Assembly: GCA_963825135.1 (NCBI GenBank)
Contig: CAWGRW010000005.1
Coordinates: forward strand, 1-10,925
Length of the DNA: 10,925 bases
DNA from: an uncultured bacterium
Lineage (GTDB): Bacteria > Desulfobacterota_D > UBA1144 > Nemesobacterales > UBA2774
Direction of reading: 5' to 3'
Numbering within the stretch: the first letter of the stretch is position 1; every line of letters starts with the position of its first letter. Position numbers and translations under genes: made by a program. The notes under the pieces were generated by a model that made no database searches, had not been told where the DNA came from, and saw only the letters and a program-made list of their open reading frames with translations. Below, piece after piece: positions 7,034 through 10,925 of the stretch.

Positions 7034-8029
7034 TTAATTTTGCTTTAGCTGCGGGAGCAGATATTCCGTGAACAGCTCCATGGACTTAAGGCATTTCTCG
7101 TGTCCGATAGTATAGTAATTGAAAGTCAGGACCAGATTCCTGAGATCGATTTCTTCCTTGAGACGCTCGATCTTTTTCATGCAGGAATCGGGAGTGCCGA
7201 ATATGCAGACATCATTAAATAGGAGGTCGTATGTAATCTCATCGTCGGGAAGAAACAGAAAGTCTCTGATCACGGTGTTCTTCCTGTGGATGAATCCCAT
7301 TATAGTTTCCCTCGTGTCCTCAATCGCCTTCTCCTCAGTCTCCGCCACGTATATAAAACGGTTGACCGGGTGAATTATGTCCCTGCCGCTTTTCCCGTTC
7401 AGGAGCTCGTTATATCTTTCCTGAGTCTCCCTCAGGACGGGGATGGTCTGCGCGCCGGCGAGAAGCAGCGGCAACCCCAGTCCGGCGCCGAACTCCAGGG
7501 TTTCCCGGCTTATACCCACCAGATAGAGAGGTGGATGGGGTTTCTGGACCGGCTTCGGCTCTACTGAAATATCAGAAATGCTGTAAAAGCCGTTATAGGA
7601 AAAACGTTCCTCCGTCCACGCCTTGATGATTATATCAATCGACTGCTCGAAACGCCCTCTCGTTTCCTCCGCCCTCACGCCGAACGCACTCTGGTAGAGC
7701 TCGTTTTCCCCTATCCGCGCGACTCCGAGGTCGAGCCTCCCGCCCGATATAATATCCACGGTCGCCGCTCCCTCAGCCACGTGTATGGGGTGGTCGAGGG
7801 GAAGGAGCCTCGCCCCCATCCCGATACGGATGCGGTCCGTGACCGAGGCTATATATGACGCGGCCACGAATGGTGAAGAGAAGAAATTCCTGCCTTCATG
7901 GTCAGGGTGGAAATGCCTCTCTCGAAGCCATACGGAATCGAACTCCGCCTCGTCCGCATAACGGACCTGGTCTATCAAGTCCATGTAGCCGGATGTGGCG
8001 GAACCCGTGGCGTAAAAACCTATCTTCAA
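7034..8029 (-). CDS. Luciferase-like monooxygenase (LLM class flavin-dependent oxidoreductase), copy 1, 331 aa, TTG start
   Basis: Motifs FDSVWLRERHF, TDRIRIG, AEGAATVDIISGGRLDLG, PKPVQKPHPP and FGTPD. The start codon is TTG, with AGAAGGT upstream. Confidence 0.93.
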   Translation of the reverse strand: MKIGFYATGSATSGYMDLIDQVRYADEAEFDSVWLRERHFHPDHEGRNFFSSPFVAASYIASVTDRIRIGMGARLLPLDHPIHVAEGAATVDIISGGRLDLGVARIGENELYQSAFGVRAEETRGRFEQSIDIIIKAWTEERFSYNGFYSISDISVEPKPVQKPHPPLYLVGISRETLEFGAGLGLPLLLAGAQTIPVLRETQERYNELLNGKSGRDIIHPVNRFIYVAETEEKAIEDTRETIMGFIHRKNTVIRDFLFLPDDEITYDLLFNDVCIFGTPDSCMKKIERLKEEIDLRNLVLTFNYYTIGHEKCLKSMELFTEYLLPQLKQN

Positions 8030-8124
8030 ATCGACCTTCTAATGTGCTTTCTCCAAACACTCAAGCCGAAACGGCCGGCGGACATCCCTGCAGTCAGGCC
8101 GGTGTCCCCGGACGTCAATCCGCA

Positions 8125-8988
8125 TTAACGCACCCGGTCGGGGTAGCTCCGGGACGACGCCTCTATCTTTAGCACCTTCACCTCATTGACGAACGCCGTC
8201 AGGTGCGACGACAGTGCGTCAAGGAGTTTCCGCCCTTTCTCGGGCGTTGCGTTCGAGTCGCGCACACTCTCATGCGCAGCCGGGCTTACGTACTCATAAT
8301 CATCCATACCGAACGTGATGTTCTCGGCGCCGTTGAACCCGACGGCTATCCCCGTCCCGGCTCTTTTGTAAAATGAATCCCCGAGCCATTCGGGGGCGTG
8401 CACCCTGTAGCCGTGGGATAAAAACCTATCGGTCTTAAACCTTTCCTGAATGAGATGCATCGCAACGGAACACTCTATATCGCTCGAGAGACGGTCCGGC
8501 GAAGACTCCATGATCTCCATCGCCTGCTTGTTTTCCCTTCCGCCGTAAAACGCCACGAACGCCCCGGTCTTTGTGCGGAGCGACAGCAAAACCTCCTCGG
8601 CAACCGCGACGTTCGAGCTGTGGAGAGACACGAATATGAGCTTGTTGAATCCGTGGTAAATAAGCGACCTGCTTATCTCTTCCAGAATGAGCCTGTAGGT
8701 CTCCGCCCTGAACGATATTGTGCCGCAGCCTTCCCCTTCTCTGCCGAAGTGCTCGGGGGCGTACCCGAACGGCATGAGCGGGGTATGGAGGACGTCCGTC
8801 TCCCGGGCGGTGCGCTCGACTACCGTCCCGCTAACTAGCCCGTCAAGACCGAGAGGTGTAAAGGGGTTGCCGTGCCTTTCGCAGCTCCCCATTGGTATCA
8901 GTATCACATCCCGCCCTTCCCTCACCCTCTTCTGAATATCCCCGGTTCCGAGCTCCTGTATATTAAGTATCTTGTTTCCGTTTTCCAT
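8125..8988 (-). CDS. Creatininase family (creatinine amidohydrolase/ArfB/MftE-like) metal-dependent hydrolase, 287 aa
   Basis: Motifs LIPMGSCERHG..PLGLD, PFGYAPEH, GTISFRAET, SLIYHGFNKLIFVSLHSSN, IECS and ATPEKG. Putative metal ligands are E37, H39, D49, H123 and E172. GAGGAG RBS upstream. Confidence 0.88.
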   Translation of the reverse strand: MENGNKILNIQELGTGDIQKRVREGRDVILIPMGSCERHGNPFTPLGLDGLVSGTVVERTARETDVLHTPLMPFGYAPEHFGREGEGCGTISFRAETYRLILEEISRSLIYHGFNKLIFVSLHSSNVAVAEEVLLSLRTKTGAFVAFYGGRENKQAMEIMESSPDRLSSDIECSVAMHLIQERFKTDRFLSHGYRVHAPEWLGDSFYKRAGTGIAVGFNGAENITFGMDDYEYVSPAAHESVRDSNATPEKGRKLLDALSSHLTAFVNEVKVLKIEASSRSYPDRVR

Positions 8989-9065
8989 CTTTTAATTCTC
9001 CTCAGGATGTGTAATTATCGGTAACGCCGTTATCCGGCGGGAAAAGCCCGTCCGCTGATTTAATA

Positions 9066-9095
9066 TTTATACCATTCAAGCTTATATCATAACAA
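9066..9095 (-). promoter_or_regulatory. Putative sigma70-type promoter for the amidohydrolase-LLM operon
   Basis: The minus strand reads TTGTTA-N18-TATAAA with an extended -10 (TGgTATAAA). An overlapping alternative extended -10 (TGtTATGAT) is also present. It lies in an AT-rich patch of a 118-bp intergenic gap. Confidence 0.5.
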
Positions 9096-9106
9096 GCGGT
9101 CCCGTA

Positions 9107-10261
9107 TCATCCCCCGTCGAATACATCTTGAAGTGCTTTTTCCGTCCCGTCAACCATCTTTTCGATAGTGAAGCTCTCCGCTATCCTCCTCCGTAGTTTC
9201 GACGGGTCAATGCTGGAGAGCCTGTCGAGCATCGTGCTCATTCCGCTTGCGAGAAGCACAGGGTCTCCCGGCGGAACGACAACGCCCGAATCCCGGACTA
9301 TAAGGGCGGAATCCCCGACGTCAGTTACTACGCACGGCTTCCCGCATGCCATAGCCTCTCCGACTACATTTGGGAAACCCTCGCTCCAGGACGGGGAACA
9401 TAGAACGTCTATGGAGTTGAGTACGGGCAGCACATCTTCCGTCACTCCCACCCAGATCAGATAATCACTTACTCCCAGCCGCAGGCTCAGAAGCTCCAGC
9501 TTTTTCCTGTAGGCCTTATCGCCGTCCCCCATGAAAACAAAACGAACGTCTTTCCGCTCCTTCAATAGCCGGGAGCAGGCTTCGAGGAACGTGACATGAC
9601 CCTTAAGCCTATCCAGACGGGCAATCACGCCTATGAGCGCCTCGTTTACGGGAATGCACCATTCCCTCCGCAGACGCTCCCGCGCTCCGGGGTCCGGCTT
9701 GAATCCATCCGTATCGAAACCGTTATTTATGACCAGCCCCCCGGCGCACCTGTAACCCATTTTCATGCGGCCCGCCAGTCCGGCCTGCGAGTTGGCGATC
9801 ATAAGGGGAATGAAGGGCGAAACCAGCTTGTTTATATAGTTGACGGGCGAGTATCTGCGGGAATTACTTTTCGGGACGCTCGATCGGGAAGAACCCTGGA
9901 AGCCCCACACGAGTTTAGCGCCTGATACCGTGCTCACCGCGAGCCACGATATAAACCTCGAGGCATCGCCGTTAAAGCTGTAGAGGATTTGAACCTTTTC
10001 CTCCCGGAGTATCCTCCTTAGTCCGAGCACCGCTCGGATTAAATCTATAACCCCGGTTACGGCGTTTCCGGGTTTCCGCGCGAGAAGGGTCCTTACCCGA
10101 ACCGGTTCCCCGCCCCATATGCGCTCCCAATCCCTGTCGCTTTCATAAAGTGCGAGAATTGATATGTCATGCCCCCTTTTGTTCAGTTGAGGAGCAAGGT
10201 ATGAAAGCTGGCGTATCACACCCCCCATTCCGAGATTCTGGATGAAGATCAGGATTCTTAT
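9107..10261 (-). CDS. Glycosyltransferase family 4 (GT-B fold); coding homology extends 11 codons upstream of the ATG at 10228, to an ATA at 10261
   Basis: Motifs RLDRLKGH, EGFPNVVGEAMACGKPCVVTDVGDS and INNGFD. The in-frame upstream codons read IRILIFIQNLG before MGGVIRQL, which is the canonical GT4 first beta-strand plus GG motif. Confidence 0.88.
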   Translation of the reverse strand: MRILIFIQNLGMGGVIRQLSYLAPQLNKRGHDISILALYESDRDWERIWGGEPVRVRTLLARKPGNAVTGVIDLIRAVLGLRRILREEKVQILYSFNGDASRFISWLAVSTVSGAKLVWGFQGSSRSSVPKSNSRRYSPVNYINKLVSPFIPLMIANSQAGLAGRMKMGYRCAGGLVINNGFDTDGFKPDPGARERLRREWCIPVNEALIGVIARLDRLKGHVTFLEACSRLLKERKDVRFVFMGDGDKAYRKKLELLSLRLGVSDYLIWVGVTEDVLPVLNSIDVLCSPSWSEGFPNVVGEAMACGKPCVVTDVGDSALIVRDSGVVVPPGDPVLLASGMSTMLDRLSSIDPSKLRRRIAESFTIEKMVDGTEKALQDVFDGG

Positions 10262-10464
10262 TGTGACCCCCCCCTGTTTTCTTCCTCAAGCTGCTTAAGA
10301 CGCCTGAGCTCACTTACTCCAAGACCTCCGTACTTCTTCTTCCAGTTATAGAATGTAGCCTCTGCTACCCCCATCTTCCGGCATACCTCGGATACCTTTG
10401 TGCCGGTCTCTGCCTGCCTTAGGGCATACGCTATCTGCTCCTCGGTAAACTTTGACTTCTTCAT
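10258..10464 (-). pseudogene. IS3-family (IS407-group-like) transposase OrfA, 3'-truncated
   Basis: MKKSKFTEEQIAYALRQAETG..VSEVCRKMGVAEATFYNWKKKYGGLGVSELRRLKQLEEENR is a typical OrfA HTH plus the start of the leucine zipper. It ends abruptly in GGSQ* instead of continuing (roughly RLKxLVADL). No orfB follows. AGGAGG RBS upstream. Confidence 0.9.
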
Positions 10465-10544
10465 GGCAAAATCCCTCCTGTTAACTAAGTTATTTTGCCA
10501 GAAAGTTCTACTTATCGCCTGTCTACTTTTTAGGGGAGCTTACA
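10275..10544 (-). mobile_element. Partial IS3-family insertion sequence (left end and part of orfA)
   Basis: Contains the OrfA fragment and a left terminal repeat starting with 5'-TG at 10544. The sequence changes to the hxsC-like AT-rich DNA immediately beyond 10544 and to GT4 DNA at the G8 tract (10267-10274). Confidence 0.8.
10519..10544 (-). repeat. Putative left terminal inverted repeat (IRL) of the IS3-family element
   Basis: Minus strand TGTAAGCTCCCCTAAAAAGTAGACAG has the terminal TG, a C-run and a GTRGACA box, as in IS3-family ends. Its outer end is 80 nt upstream of the orfA ATG. Confidence 0.7.
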
Positions 10545-10834
10545 AATGGGTTATGCAAGGAAGAATCTGGACCAACTCTGGATCGATCCATTTTATTACC
10601 AAACTGAATTAGAAGAAGCTATGGAGTATTTATCCAAAAGAGGAATAAATGTATCCATTTACAATCATCAATTCTTTGTTCTCACTGAGAATTTATGGCC
10701 ATTTGCACAAAAATCCATCTCAGATTGGAAGAATATTTATCTTGATGAATGTATGGAATGCTCAGATTTAGAGCAATGTTGAGGTTTTTAAGTCAAGTCA
10801 AAAATTAAATAGCAAATATAATTACTCTCTTTAA
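10545..10834 (+). pseudogene. hxsC: Decayed 3' fragment of a His-Xaa-Ser system radical SAM maturase (HxsC-like)
   Basis: MGYARKNLDQLWIDPFYYQTEL...NVSIYNHQ..VL...LWPFAQKSISDWKNIYLDECMECSDLEQC matches, from memory, the HxsC C-terminus (LWIDP, VSIYNHQLC, SISDWKN, CxxC..CGGFF). The expected CGGFF reads TGT TGA GGT TTT T AAG, that is C*GF followed by a frameshift into KSSQKLNSKY. The 5' part of the gene is missing. Confidence 0.75.
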
Positions 10835-10925
10835 ATGTCTTCTAACCTCCTTTAATTAAGGTAATATTTGATTGAAATTCATACAAATGTTCATCATTGT
10901 AAGTGGATTTATGATTACAACATAA

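Noticed and set aside
301..8029. Bioluminescence (luxCDABE) operon, suggested by two luciferase-like genes, an ALDH-fold enzyme and an ANL-type ligase
   Set aside because: The ALDH has standard GabD-like motifs rather than resembling LuxC. There is no LuxD or LuxG, the LLMs lack the His44 equivalent, and the gene order differs. The resemblance is only architectural.
8125..8988. Mycofactocin-type RiPP cluster (MftE-like peptidase with redox enzymes and a glycosyltransferase)
   Set aside because: No MftA precursor, MftB or intact radical SAM gene is visible. The glycosyltransferase is GT4 rather than the GT2 MftF. The hxsC fragment is a pseudogene of different composition on the other strand.
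325..9925. Numerous plus-strand and nested ORFs (e.g. 604..1065, 2686..3288, 4162..4695, 8455..8838, 9596..9925)
   Set aside because: They are antisense or alternate-frame shadows of well-supported genes in GC-rich DNA, with no recognisable motifs.
10400..10612. 70-aa plus-strand ORF
   Set aside because: It is antisense to orfA and crosses the IS boundary, so it is most likely spurious.
10546..10782. Intact 78-aa small protein or ferredoxin-like peptide
   Set aside because: Better explained as an internal hxsC fragment. Its ATG is 1 nt from the IS end and its stop interrupts the CGGFF motif.
10844..10853. Strong Shine-Dalgarno-like AAAGGAGGTT on the minus strand
   Set aside because: No ATG, GTG or TTG at a suitable spacing, and the nearby ATT is followed at once by TAA.
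10897..10920. TTGTAA-N12-TTACAA inverted repeat
   Set aside because: A 6-bp arm is expected by chance in AT-rich DNA, and no downstream gene is visible to link it to.
1..10925. CRISPR array, tRNA or rRNA genes
   Set aside because: I saw no regularly spaced direct repeats or RNA gene signatures, and the intergenic gaps are short and otherwise accounted for.

Overview
Most of this window is a co-oriented minus-strand enzyme cluster. In transcription order it encodes: a GT4 glycosyltransferase, a creatininase-family amidohydrolase, two tandem paralogous luciferase-like monooxygenases (LLMs), an aldo/keto reductase, a small SRPBCC-like protein, an SSADH-like aldehyde dehydrogenase, a PhyH-like Fe(II)/2OG dioxygenase, a divergent PaaK/CapK-like adenylate-forming ligase, and the 5' end of a polysaccharide deacetylase-like gene that runs off the left edge and is absent from the ORF track. 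I do not recognise this combination as a characterised pathway. The best candidate for a new system is an oxidative module that makes and activates a small carboxylic acid, embedded between glycan-modifying genes. Both LLMs carry ERHF in place of the usual EHHF, and the amidohydrolase lacks a normally conserved His. At the right end a truncated IS3-family element (left end plus partial orfA) abuts the GT4 gene through a G8 tract. The GT4 N-terminal motif lies upstream of its first ATG and begins at an ATA that overlaps the orfA stop. Beyond the IS is an AT-rich, decayed 3' fragment resembling the His-Xaa-Ser radical SAM maturase gene hxsC. All family calls come from motif recognition by eye; no searches were run.
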